A stretch of 64,000 nucleotides of DNA, taken from IMG/VR virus record IMGVR_UViG_3300032242_001280; one strand, given 5' to 3'. Both the position numbers and the translations under genes were made by a program. This stretch comes from a virus. Shown in pieces: positions 1 to 12,300 of this stretch. Position 1 is the first letter of the stretch. Every line of letters starts with the position of its first letter. The notes beneath the pieces were generated by a model that worked only from the letters and a program-made list of their open reading frames with translations, searched no databases and had not been told where the DNA came from.

Positions 1-1
1 T

Positions 2-2449
2 GCATCTGGTGGTGCAGTTGCAAATCCTCAAGCACAACCAAGTTATGGCGCAGTTCAAGGTTTACCTGCTGGTGCGGCTGGTCCATATGGCGCAACTAAT
101 AACTATGGCAGTAGCACTGTACAACAAAACTATGGACCAATGACTAACAATATCGGACCAATTACATATAATAGTGGTCCACAAGGCAGCTTTGCTGGAC
201 AAAGTAGTGCTTTTGCTCAATATTCGCCTTCAAATTATAATAATAACACTGGTGGACAATCGTATACTACTTTAAATAATCTTCAAAATATATCATTTGG
301 TACTGGTGCTGGATTTGATGTTTCACAAGTACAGCAAAATTATTACAATAATTCCGAGTATTCGCCTGGCGAACTTCAAAATAATCCAGGAAATCTACAA
401 TATAGTACTAATGATGGTTTTGCCGTTGGTTTTGCAAATAACTTAGCAGTATACGCTCACCCAGAAGATGGCATTGCTGCATTGATGATTCTATTTGATA
501 GCGTTGCTGGCAACAGCCCACTTACTTGTGCTCAGCTTATTGCAGCTTACATGCAAGGAAAAGTTACGGATAATGCTGTTTCGCAGTTTGTTCGTTTTAT
601 GCAAAGTACATTGGGCGTAGCGCCAACAGCGTATGTTGGATTACTTGATCCAGCAACTCGCATTGCATGGGCAAGTGCAGTTATATATTATGTTCAAAAG
701 CGAGTAATTTATTCATATACTCAAATTGCTGCTGGTTGTGCCCAAAGTCTTGGTGAAGACCCAGTATCATTTACAAATGCAGCACAGCCAACAACAGGAC
801 CATGGCAAAATAATGGAGCACAACCATATACAACTGGATATATTAGTCCAACTAGTGCACCTCTTCTTAACGGTGGCAGCAGCTTAATTGGTGGTATAGT
901 TAACAATGTTGTTAATCGTGTTATTGGTGGAGTGGTCAATAATATCGCAGCTACAGTTGGTACCGCTATTGGAACTACTGTTGGCGGCGTTGTTAATAAT
1001 GTTGTAAACACTGTTGGCGGCACTGTAAACAATGTTGTAAACACCGTAAGCAGTGGTGTAAGCACTGTTGTTAATAATGTTTCTGGTGCAGTTAGTAGCA
1101 CAGTGTCTGCAGCTACAGGACTTAACGATACTGCAAGCAGTGGCGGCGCTGCATACACCCAATATATCGGAACAAGCGTTGGCAGCGGACAATGCGTTGC
1201 ACTAGTTCAAGCAGCAAGCAATGTTGGTTATACTGGTACTTGGAGTCCAGGCAGCAATGTTGTCAGTAACCCTCCTCCAACTGGAACTGTTATTGCTACA
1301 TTTGGTAGCAACGGCACATACCAAAATGTTTCTGGGCAAAGTCATGCGGCTATCTATCTTGGACAACAGAAAGATGCTAATGGCAATGTAACTGGTATCG
1401 TAGTTCAAGATCAATGGGCAGGACATGCTTGTGGCACTAGAGTTATTGCAGTCGATCCAAATGCACCAGAAGGAGCACAGAATTTTGCTGTTGTTACTAC
1501 ACCAACAAATCCAAGTGGTGTTCTTGTTAATGGTGCTCCATCACCCGTTAGCAGCACAGTAGACCCTGGTCAGCCAACTGGAACACTTGATCCCGCGCAA
1601 CAAGCTGAGCTTAATGCACAAAATGCTACTACTGCAACGGCAACAAGCGATTCGAGAAATCTTACAGATACATCTACCACAGGCACATACTATGAACCAG
1701 GTTCAGGACAAGTTGTAAACCAAGATTCAAGTGGAAAAAATAGTGCTACTTCAGGCACAACTGATACATCATATCTGTATAATTCATCAAGTCCATCTGG
1801 AACTACGGTGTCTGGCGATGGAAGTGCTAATAATACTACTGCAGCAACCGATAGTACCACAGTAACACCAAGTGCTATGAACCAAATTGAAACTGGAACA
1901 ACACCAACGGTAACAGATACATCCTATATGTATAGTTCTCCTAGCAGTACATCGGTTATAACTGATACATCATCTACAACAACAGTTACTCAGCAACCAG
2001 TTTATGATGGCATGGGTAATTTTACTGGTTACTATGAAGAACCAACAGCGTCAGTAACTACTCCTGTATCAACCAATAATTCGTATATGTACAATTCTCC
2101 TACATCAACTGATAATTCATATATGTATAGTGCCACTGATTCTAGTAGAAATAGTGATTATACTACACAACCAGTAGGCATAGATGTTGCACCACCAGCG
2201 CCACCATCTGATAATTTAATTGTTAATAATACTCCTGCTACCCCAGACCAAACCAATACTGGATTAACATATGACCCGCGCACAAATGAAGTAGTCAACT
2301 CATCTGGCGCAGACAATACGGTTAACTCATCAACATCTGCGCCTATTACTACTTCACCAAGTTCTCCAGGCAGTGGTGCCGCAACCACTGGTGCTCAAAC
2401 TACGCCACAAGGAAGTGCTGCTACTGGTTCAGCCGCTGGCAGTTGTTAA
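2..2449 (+). CDS. Putative baseplate hub/spike (gp5/VgrG-like position) carrying peptidoglycan-hydrolase-like domains; 5'-truncated
   Basis: The frame of ORF 140..2449 is open back to base 2, so the gene starts before the window. It has an NNPGNL...HPEDGIAA lysozyme-like motif, VNNVVNT repeats, a GQCVALVQ...GTVIATF...SHAAIYLG...DQW Cys/His amidase-like domain and an S/T-rich tail, and lies directly upstream of the gp25-like gene. Confidence 0.6.
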   Translation, partial: ASGGAVANPQAQPSYGAVQGLPAGAAGPYGATNNYGSSTVQQNYGPMTNNIGPITYNSGPQGSFAGQSSAFAQYSPSNYNNNTGGQSYTTLNNLQNISFGTGAGFDVSQVQQNYYNNSEYSPGELQNNPGNLQYSTNDGFAVGFANNLAVYAHPEDGIAALMILFDSVAGNSPLTCAQLIAAYMQGKVTDNAVSQFVRFMQSTLGVAPTAYVGLLDPATRIAWASAVIYYVQKRVIYSYTQIAAGCAQSLGEDPVSFTNAAQPTTGPWQNNGAQPYTTGYISPTSAPLLNGGSSLIGGIVNNVVNRVIGGVVNNIAATVGTAIGTTVGGVVNNVVNTVGGTVNNVVNTVSSGVSTVVNNVSGAVSSTVSAATGLNDTASSGGAAYTQYIGTSVGSGQCVALVQAASNVGYTGTWSPGSNVVSNPPPTGTVIATFGSNGTYQNVSGQSHAAIYLGQQKDANGNVTGIVVQDQWAGHACGTRVIAVDPNAPEGAQNFAVVTTPTNPSGVLVNGAPSPVSSTVDPGQPTGTLDPAQQAELNAQNATTATATSDSRNLTDTSTTGTYYEPGSGQVVNQDSSGKNSATSGTTDTSYLYNSSSPSGTTVSGDGSANNTTAATDSTTVTPSAMNQIETGTTPTVTDTSYMYSSPSSTSVITDTSSTTTVTQQPVYDGMGNFTGYYEEPTASVTTPVSTNNSYMYNSPTSTDNSYMYSATDSSRNSDYTTQPVGIDVAPPAPPSDNLIVNNTPATPDQTNTGLTYDPRTNEVVNSSGADNTVNSSTSAPITTSPSSPGSGAATTGAQTTPQGSAATGSAAGSC

Positions 2450-2464
2450 TGAGGTAAATATAAC

Positions 2465-2851
2465 ATGGCAATGTACAAAGGTTATAGCACTGTTAATAGA
2501 GATTTTGGACCGTATGAGATCAGTGACAATGATCTCATAGTCCAAGATTTGTTAAATCATTTACAAATTCGTAAAGGTGAAAAACTTATGAATCCAAATG
2601 TTGGTACTATAATCTGGAATAGACTGTTTGACCCGCTAACGCAAGCATTAAAAACTGAAATTAAAAAAGATATTGATAGAATTATAGCTTATGATCCTAG
2701 ATTTAATGTTGTAAGTAACACAGTTGTACAAGAATCGCCAGATGGTCGCGGATTAGTACTAAACTTTCAACTACAATTTGCTACAGATAATAAGATTGCT
2801 CAGTTGTCTGTAATATTTGATAAAGTTGCCAATAATCTATTTGTGCTTTAA
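2465..2851 (+). CDS. Baseplate wedge subunit, T4 gp25-like
   Basis: 128 aa; motif IRKGEKLMNPNVGT-IW-LFDP...I-YDPR typical of gp25/GPW; precedes the gp6-like gene. Confidence 0.9.
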   Translation: MAMYKGYSTVNRDFGPYEISDNDLIVQDLLNHLQIRKGEKLMNPNVGTIIWNRLFDPLTQALKTEIKKDIDRIIAYDPRFNVVSNTVVQESPDGRGLVLNFQLQFATDNKIAQLSVIFDKVANNLFVL

Positions 2852-2896
2852 TAGTAGCATATTATTATTAAAATAAATAAATGATAGAGAAAAAAC

Positions 2897-5800
2897 ATGG
2901 CATCTAATACTAGACAAACTAACATATTTGCTACTGAAGATTGGAAGAAGATTTATACAACCTTCTCTAATGCAGATTTTCAAAGTTATGACTTTGAAAC
3001 TCTTCGTAAGGTAATGGTCGATTATATCAAAACCTATTATGCTGAAGATTTTAATGATTTCATTGAAAGCAGTGAATATGTAGCTCTCCTTGACCTTATT
3101 GCGTTTACTGCACAAAGTGTGGCTTTTCGTGCAGATTTAAATGCTCGTGAAAATTTTCTTGAAACAGCAGAACGCCGTGATAGCGTCCTGAAACTAGTAA
3201 AACAATTAAATTATAATCCTAATCGCAATGTTGCTGCAAGTGGATATTTAAAGATAAATTCTGTTAGCACAACTGAAAATGTTAATGATGTCAACAGCAA
3301 AAATTTAAGTCGCGTTAATATAACTTGGAATGATGCTAATAATGCTAATTGGGTAAGTCAATTTACACAAGTATTAAACGCTGCATTTACTAGTAGTCAA
3401 AAAGTTGGTAAACCATATGCTAGTAAAACAATCAATGGCGTTCGTACAGAGCAATATAATATTGCCATACCAAATACTATATTGCCGATATTCAGCTTTG
3501 GTACAAATGTAAACACTATACCAACAAACTTTGAAGCAGTATCTGCGAACATTCTGACTACTGACACTATTACTGAATCAGATCCAGGAACTCGTGGACA
3601 ATTTGGTATAATATATCAAAATGATAGTCGCGGAAATGCCAGTGCAAATACTGGATTTTTTATATATTTTAAGCAGGGACAACTTAATAGTATAGACTTT
3701 ACTATTAACGAGAAAATTGCTAATCGTGTATTCAGCATTGGAAGTGATAATGTAAACAACAGTGATGTATGGATGTATGAATTAGTAAATGGAACATTGG
3801 GAAATCAATGGACTCAAGTTGCTAATACTTCTGGCAGTAATGCAATATACAATTCAGTGGCGCGTGGTATAAGAACACTTTATAGCGTTAACACTCGCAT
3901 CAATGATCAAATTGATTTAGTGTTTGGTGACGGCAGCTTTAGTGATATTCCACTAGGAAATTACCGTTCTTATTATCGTATCAGTAATGGATTAACTTAT
4001 AGAATATCTCCAAGTGACATGGGTAATGTAATTATTGCCATTCCTTATATCAGTAGCAATGGGCGAACTGAAACACTTAGTTTAAATGCAAGTTTGCAAT
4101 ATACTGTTAGCAATAGTAGCCGCCGTGATTTAACAAGCGAAATTAAACAAAAAGCTCCACAAGCATACTATACTCAAAATCGTATGGTTAATGGCGAAGA
4201 TTATAACATACTTCCATATACAAACTATAGTGACATTGTTAAAGTTAAATCTGTAAATCGTTTTGCAAGCGGAGTTAGCCGTGGTTTAGATATTACTGAT
4301 CCAACAGGAAAATATACTTCAACAGATTTATATGCAAAAGATGGTGTATTTTATAAGAATCAATATAATAAAACTTTTAATTTTACATTTGCAAGTCGTA
4401 ATGACATATTAACAGTATTAAATGCACAAGTAATGAAAATCATGGGAGATTATCCTATGAAGCATTTCTATTATGAAAATTGGTCCACAATTGAACTCAG
4501 TTCATTGCAACCAACTACATGGACTCGTACAACTGATGATACCAGCACCAGCACTGGTTTCTTTTACGCATCAGATGATACTACAAAAAAACCTGTATCA
4601 ATTGGTATCGGTAATACAGACTACAGAAAATATCTATTAATTGGAAGTCTTATTAAATTTGCTGCACCAAGTGGACAATATTTTGATGCTACTAATACTT
4701 TAGTTACTGGAACTCCGCAACTTAGCACGGATAGAGTTTATATTTGGGCAAGCATCCAAAGTATTACTGGAACAGGCAACAGCACCGTCCTTGTTGCTGG
4801 AAGAAAGATTGGTGCAGTAACAATTAGTGAAACAATTCCAAGTGGCGCAATAGTTGATCAAATTTATACACCGTTTTCAAACACTTTGCAATATAACACT
4901 GTTAATACTATAGTAAGCTATATTTTAAATAAAACTGAGTTTGCACTTGAATATAGGTATAATCTTACTGCATCTAATGTTGACCCTTGGTACATTGTTC
5001 CAATAACCAGCGTTGATTCAACTTCCGAATTTAATTTAACTACGCAAGGAACCACCAGTAATAGTAGCTGGTTGTTTAAGTTTAATACAGATGGCGTAAA
5101 ATATACTGTGACATATCGTCAGCTTGATTATGTTTTTGGAAGCTCGTCACAAGTAAGTTTTATTAATACTAATCCATATGCAGTATATGATGCAGCAACC
5201 AATACGCTAATTAATGATAATATTCGTGTTCTTGCTGTAAATGCAAATATATCAAATGATGTCAATTTAAATATTTTCAAAAATGTAGTAATGAGTGATG
5301 GCTATACTGATAGCACAAGAATATATGTTACCTATCCAGTAAGTAGCACAAGTAGATTGCCAACTGATCCAAATATTTTTAGTGAAATAGCCAGCAGTTC
5401 TGGATTTGTATTTTTTAAACAGTATATTGATAAAGATAATTTAATAAGATACAGTGTTGTACCAACTGGCGGCATCAATGTATTATATACTACTTTTTCA
5501 CAGATAAACTATGTTAGAAATACATTTCCAACAGGCACTGTATTTTATGCATCCGTTGATCAGATGTTTTATCAAATTCAATCTATAAACGGCGTTGCTA
5601 CAATAGTTGATGTTAGTAACTCTTATCAAGTATTTGTTGGCAGACAAAATTTGATATTTGAATATCAACACAATGCCGAAAATACTCGTCGCATTGACCC
5701 TGCCGCTACTAACCTTATAGATACATACATATTAACTCGTAGCTACGATGAAGTTTATAGAAACTATGTTGCTGATAATACAGGCACTGTAGAAAAACCA

Positions 5801-6289
5801 GCAGATTTAAATAATGTTACACTTACCAATAGCTATAGTGGGTTATTTGATTATAAGATGATAAGTGATGAAATGATTCTAAATGCTGGTATATATAAAT
5901 TATTATTTGGAAAAAAAGCACATGCAAATTTACAAGCAAATTTTCAAGTTGTAAAAAATCCAAGTACTACAGTTAGTAATACTGAAATTCAAAGTCGAGT
6001 AGTTGAAGCTATAAATCTATACTTTTCTTTAGACAATTGGGATTTTGGTAATACTTTCTATTTCAGTGAATTGTCTGCATATCTACATCAGCAACTTAGC
6101 GAGTATATAAGCAGTATCATATTAGTTCCTGCTGACAATTCCGCTAGTTTTGGTAGTCTATATGAAATTCGTTGCCAACCAAATGAAATTTTCTTAAGTG
6201 CTGCAACTGTTGAGAATGTTCAGGTTGTTTCTGGTGTTCTCAGCGGCATTAATGCGGCTGGAATAACTTTATCTACAGTAAATTATTAA
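2897..6289 (+). CDS. Baseplate wedge subunit, T4 gp6-like
   Basis: 1130 aa; DFETLR...DFNDFIESSE...LLDLIA...ENFLETAERRDSV N-terminus, VFGDG motif and APQAYYTQNRMVNGEDY are gp6/baseplate-J hallmarks. Confidence 0.88.
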   Translation: MASNTRQTNIFATEDWKKIYTTFSNADFQSYDFETLRKVMVDYIKTYYAEDFNDFIESSEYVALLDLIAFTAQSVAFRADLNARENFLETAERRDSVLKLVKQLNYNPNRNVAASGYLKINSVSTTENVNDVNSKNLSRVNITWNDANNANWVSQFTQVLNAAFTSSQKVGKPYASKTINGVRTEQYNIAIPNTILPIFSFGTNVNTIPTNFEAVSANILTTDTITESDPGTRGQFGIIYQNDSRGNASANTGFFIYFKQGQLNSIDFTINEKIANRVFSIGSDNVNNSDVWMYELVNGTLGNQWTQVANTSGSNAIYNSVARGIRTLYSVNTRINDQIDLVFGDGSFSDIPLGNYRSYYRISNGLTYRISPSDMGNVIIAIPYISSNGRTETLSLNASLQYTVSNSSRRDLTSEIKQKAPQAYYTQNRMVNGEDYNILPYTNYSDIVKVKSVNRFASGVSRGLDITDPTGKYTSTDLYAKDGVFYKNQYNKTFNFTFASRNDILTVLNAQVMKIMGDYPMKHFYYENWSTIELSSLQPTTWTRTTDDTSTSTGFFYASDDTTKKPVSIGIGNTDYRKYLLIGSLIKFAAPSGQYFDATNTLVTGTPQLSTDRVYIWASIQSITGTGNSTVLVAGRKIGAVTISETIPSGAIVDQIYTPFSNTLQYNTVNTIVSYILNKTEFALEYRYNLTASNVDPWYIVPITSVDSTSEFNLTTQGTTSNSSWLFKFNTDGVKYTVTYRQLDYVFGSSSQVSFINTNPYAVYDAATNTLINDNIRVLAVNANISNDVNLNIFKNVVMSDGYTDSTRIYVTYPVSSTSRLPTDPNIFSEIASSSGFVFFKQYIDKDNLIRYSVVPTGGINVLYTTFSQINYVRNTFPTGTVFYASVDQMFYQIQSINGVATIVDVSNSYQVFVGRQNLIFEYQHNAENTRRIDPAATNLIDTYILTRSYDEVYRNYVADNTGTVEKPADLNNVTLTNSYSGLFDYKMISDEMILNAGIYKLLFGKKAHANLQANFQVVKNPSTTVSNTEIQSRVVEAINLYFSLDNWDFGNTFYFSELSAYLHQQLSEYISSIILVPADNSASFGSLYEIRCQPNEIFLSAATVENVQVVSGVLSGINAAGITLSTVNY

Positions 6290-6303
6290 GGTATACATAA
6301 TAA

Positions 6304-9300
6304 ATGGCTAAGCGCAGAAGTATTGATTTTCTACCGTCAGTTTTTAGAACTAAAACTAACCAAAGATTTCTAAATGCAACGGTTGACCAACTGATTCAAG
6401 AACCAAGTCTTAAAAAGATTTATGGTTATATTGGTCAACAAGATCAAAGTTCAGTATTTCGCCCATCTGATTATTATATCAATGAAAACGACAGCTATTC
6501 TCAATTCTATCAGCTTGAGCCTGGCGTGGTAATTAAGAAGCGACAAAAAAATAGTAATACTTTTACTATTGATAATATCTATAACTATCCAGATTTACTA
6601 AACCAATTAGTTTCTAGCGGCGCAATTACTAACGATCACCAGCGTTTGTTTTCTAACAGATATTATAGTTACAACGGATTCGTTGATCTTGATAAGTTGA
6701 CAAACTATCGTCAGTATTATTGGGTGCCTACTGGTCCGTTGCCAGTTGATGTTACTGCCAGTGGAATTTCTTTAATAAAAGAATTTAATGTGCATCGTAT
6801 AAGTTACACTGCAAATAACCAAACTGAATTACAAAGTGCTAGTATAGGACAAAGCGGATATGTAATAGATGGATATGAAAATATTGTTAATCCAACTATT
6901 ACTCTGCAGCGCGGTGGTCGATATACATTTAATCTTGGACAAAAAGGTCATAAATTTTATATTCAAAGTGAAATTGGAACCAGCGGGGTAAGCGTCGTCC
7001 AAGCAAATATCAACACAAGAGATGTGCTAGGCGTTTCAAATAATGGTAGCGAAAGCGGTACTTTAATTTTTAATGTGCCCCTTAAAACCGCACAAGATTC
7101 TTTAATATCATTGGATACTATACAAAATATAGATATGATAGCGCATGTTCCTTATAATGCTATGCAAGGACAAAATTATGATACATTTATTCAAAATTAT
7201 AATTTAGACGGCGTTAAAGCATTTTCTACTATAACACTAAGCATTGACTGGCCATTTAATGATGGGGATTGGCTAGATGTTCCTGTAAATCAACGCAGCG
7301 GAATTTGGCAAGTTACTATTGACAATAATAAATTTTTACCTGATGGTGTAACTAATAACCCAAATTATAGAAATATGTCATTGGTGTACTTGAATGATTG
7401 GGCAGAAAATACTAAAACTTTTGTTAATCAAGGTGACAAGTACGGACACACATATGTTTATAGAAATTCAAACGGAGTAATTACTCAGTTTCCAACTATA
7501 ACTGCTCCTCTTAGTACACTATATTATCAGGATGCTGATAATCCATTAATTTATGGCGAAATAAGACTAGTTGACCCTATCCCAGGAACCTTTTTAAATA
7601 TTAATGACATTATTGGGCATGATCAGTATACCAGTCCAAATGGCATTAAATTTTCAAGCGGATTAAAAGTAAAATTTACTGGCGTGACCTTTCCAACAGA
7701 ATATCAGAATAACGAATATATTGTTGAAGGTGTTGGTACTAGTATCAAACTTTTAAAATATAATGAGTTAGTAACGCCAGAAATAATAAACCAAAATGTT
7801 GGCGATGTATTTGGTAGCGACACTATTGGATTTGATGATAGTAATTTTGATGGCACAATTAATGCTCCAACACAAAAAGATTATGTAACAATAAACCGCT
7901 CTAGCGCAGATGGCAATAGTTGGAGTCGCAATAATCGTTGGTTCCATCGTGAAGTGTTGCAATATGCTGCAGATAAGTCAAATCAAATATGGAATTTTGA
8001 CGCTGCGCAGCAAGCTCAGCGACCTATCGTTGAATTTATTCCAAACTTAAAGTTATTTGATTATGGCACAAATTATGCTGGAGCCGTAACAGTTTTTGAT
8101 AGTAATACAACTGACGCTTTTTTTCAAATAGAAGGGCAAAATAATTACGCTCTTATTAAAAATGGAAAATATGTAAGTGATAATAGATTACTGCAGAACG
8201 GACAAACTGTGATCTTTTTAAATGATGTTGATCCTAATGTAAGAAAAACAATATATCAAGTTCAAAGTATCCGTCCACGCAGTTCAGCAACATATAATTT
8301 GCCAACTATTGCAACATCACATGCAGGGACAAATACTATTTTTCTAGCAGATGTTGGAAATATTAAAGTAAATCAAAAAGTAACTTCAAGTTTAATTCAA
8401 CAAACTCAGCCAGCATTTACAACTACTGCTAGTCAAACTAGTTTCTTTTGTAATTTAATTTCAAACCTTGGCGATTTTGATGCTTATTATTTTAATGTTT
8501 ATTTGAATAATGTGCTGCAAACTAATAATGTAGATTATAGCGTAACATATCAACAATCAGTATACTATACTGGTTCAAGTTTAGTTACATCAACTGTTAA
8601 TACTATTAATTCAAACAATAATATAAATTTACCGACTATTGCTACTACATATGCTACTGTTGTATCTGGAAGTAATATTATAAGCATTAATAGTGGAAGT
8701 GGCATTGTAAATGGACAAGCAATATCAGGAACTGGTATTCCAGTTGGAACAACTGTTATAAGTGGCGGCGGTACTAGTTCACTAACTCTGAGTAACACTT
8801 GCACACAATCACTAACATCAGTAACTGTTACAACTTATGCCAATATTCAAAGTGGCCAAGTGATAGTTGATAATGGTGGAATATTTCAAAACGGTACTAC
8901 TGTTATAAGTGGTGGCGGAACCCAAACTTTACAACTTAGCAAGGTAGCGACTGCTACTGCTTCTGGCGTTGCTATAAATGTTTATCAAGCATCATCGAGC
9001 TATTATAATCCTACTATAAATTTTTTAAACAAAGTAATAAATTCTTATTCTTTTGTTAGTACGGCTGGACAAACTGCATATGGTTTAGTTAATACTAGTA
9101 TTTCTGCTACTACCAATTATAGATATGATGTTTATGTTAATGGTACACTTAAAACAATTACTTCAGATTATACGGTTAGTGCAGATGTAAATGGTCATCC
9201 TATTATAAATTTAAATTCTGCACCAATAACTGGTTCTGCGGTTGTTATTAACAATGTTGTAACTGGACCAGCAACTGGAACAACAGTATTAGTTGAGTAT

Positions 9301-12300
9301 ATTCCGCTATCAACTCCTATTTTACCAAATACTACTGTTACTAGCATTGATTCTGTAAACAACATTGTTTATATTAGTACTGCAATAAATTCTGATATTG
9401 CAGCAGGGTTGTATCTGACTTTTGATAATAGTTCCGATCAAATTCATCTTGTTCCAGTTAAGCAAGTATCAGATGGCGACAATGTTATTGCTATGGAAGG
9501 TGAAATAAACCAAGGAAATGTGTATTTTTATGATTCTGGCGTTTGGAATCTTGCTCAACTAAGAAATAGTCGTCCACAATTTCCGTTGTTTGATGTCATT
9601 GATATTAATGGATTTAGTTTAAGTGATACTACAGTTTATCCAAGTAGTAATTTTCGTGGTAGCAAACTTTTTGGATATGCAATTGGAAACTTAACTTCAA
9701 TTACTGATACTGTACTTGGATTTCCTTTAGTTAGACAATCTGTTGGAAATATTGGAGATATAGTTTTTGAAAATTATTATATTACTGATACATTTAACTA
9801 TAATTTAAATTTTAAAGACAACATTACTAATGTCAGTACAGGGTTTGTAGCAAGAATAAACTACTGGAAAAATTATTTTTTTGAAAATGGGTGGACTGTT
9901 GTATCTGATAAAAGCAAACAATATATTACAAAAATCTTTACTGCAAACGAAGCAAAGAAAAATAATTTTGATCTTGAGTTAGTATATAAGCACAGCTATT
10001 ATGAAAATAATATATTTGTGTATGTCAATGGAATTGTTGTTCCATCAACCGCATATACTGTGCAAATTAATAATATTACCACTACTATTAAATTTAATAC
10101 TGATTTGGCGGCAGGTGACAGGTTGTTTGTAAAGATAAATGGCGTTAGTAATATTTTTAAACAAAATTATACTATGCCTAAAAATATTACTAACAACAGT
10201 GAAAATTTAAATTTTAACACCATCACCCTTGGTCAAATTAGAAATCATTTGATTGAAATTGGCAATAATTGTTTAAATTTAAACGGTGAACCAGCGGGTA
10301 GTAATAATTTTAGAGATATAAACTACTCAAATATTGGTGGTAAACTTTTACAACATAGTTCAAGTTTAAGACAAGCATCTTTGCTATTGGCAAATCCAGA
10401 TGTTGATCCAGTTCGTGCCATTACATACTCAGAAAACAATTATCAAAATTTTAAAAATCAGTTAATTGATTTAATTAATAATAAAGAATTTCCTGATCCA
10501 AAAGATGCTCGCGGTTCACTAGATTTAATTTTATCAGATTTTATTAAATTAACAAACACTAACAGCACATTTTATTATACTGACATGTTAGCAACTGGTA
10601 GTCAATATATTACTAACAGCTACACTATACAAGATACCACATATCGTTCTTTCAATCTTACCAATACATATGCAAATAAAAAAAGTAGTTACAATGCTGT
10701 TCTTGTTTATCTAACTAATAAATTATATGGTACACGGCAGTTATTAGTCAACGGGGTTGATTATACGATTAACAATTTTACCGTAACAATATCATCTACT
10801 GTTAGCATTTCAAGACTTGATACTATAAGCATTTATGAATATGCAAGTACCCTTGGATGCAATGTTCCTGCAACGCCAAGCAAACTAGGATTGTATCCTA
10901 AATTTGTTCCACAGAAAATTTTAGATGATACATATTACACGCCACAACATATGATAATTGGACATGATGGAAGTTACAATCTTGCATGGAACGATTATAG
11001 AGATGATATTTTATTAGAGTATGAAAAGCGTGTATTCAATAATATTGCAGTAGATTATCAAAATAACAGTGACTATAGTTTAGTAAGTGTTGTTCCTGGC
11101 GCATTTAGAGTAACAGATTATAGCATTGTAGAATGGACACAACTATTAAGCGGCAGCTACCTTAGCTGGAGCGGACAAAACAATGTAGATATTTTTACTA
11201 ATAACAATAACACAAATTCACTGTTTGGATTTAATTATAGCAAAGCAACCGATAAGTTATTTGGACAAACACTGCCTGGATATTGGCGTGGAATTTATAA
11301 TTATTTTTATGATACTGACAAGCCACATACAAACCCATGGGAAATGCTAGGGTTTACCGAAAAACCAAAGTGGTGGGATAATCGTTATGGCGTAGCGCCT
11401 TATACAAGTCAAAATATTACCTTGTGGGGAGATTTAGAACTTGGATTAATTTATAACGGTGCGCCAAATAAAAGTTACATTGATTCAAAATATACAAGAA
11501 CTGGGCTAAATCAAATAATACCAGTAGATGAACACGGCAACTTGTTGCCGCCACTGAAATCTTTAATTGCAGAATATGATTCAAGAACAGCCAATGATAA
11601 TTGGAGAGTTGGCGATCAAAGTCCAGCAGAAACTGCATGGAGACGCAGCAGCAGTTATCCTTTTGCAATGCAAATTGCTTGGTTCTTGGCAAAACCCGCT
11701 GAATATTGTGCATTGAATTATAATTCTCGTGATGTTGTTTACAACGAATTGCTAGGACAAATAATAAATCAAAAAACAAATACTCGTATTTTTGATTATG
11801 GCATCACTAGTGCAAGTGAATTTGTTCCTGGTTTCAATGTTTGGGTGCGTGATTTATTAACCAGTAATAATTTAGATGTAACTTATAACTGGTTAGACAT
11901 TGCTATGAATAGTAGTTTTAATTTAGTTTATAAAATGTCTGGTTATACTGACAAAAGTTATTTGACAGTTGTTGCTGATCAAGTAAGTCCTGCTAGTACA
12001 AATAATAGTGTGCTTATACCGCCAGAAAATTACAAAATTAAAGTTACAAAAAGTGCACCAATAGGAAGAGCAATCTATAGCGCAGTTATAGTACAAAAAA
12101 CTAGCACAGGATATCAGATATCTGGATTTGATAAGATTCGTCCATATTTCTTAACAATTCCTAGCAAAGCAAGTGGCAATAGCTATGGACTAACAGTGGG
12201 GCAGCTTACTGGAATAATTTATAAAGACGCACAAGATACTGTTACTAGTTTTCCTTATGGCACGATATTTTCAACACATCAGCAAGTTGTTGATTTCTTA

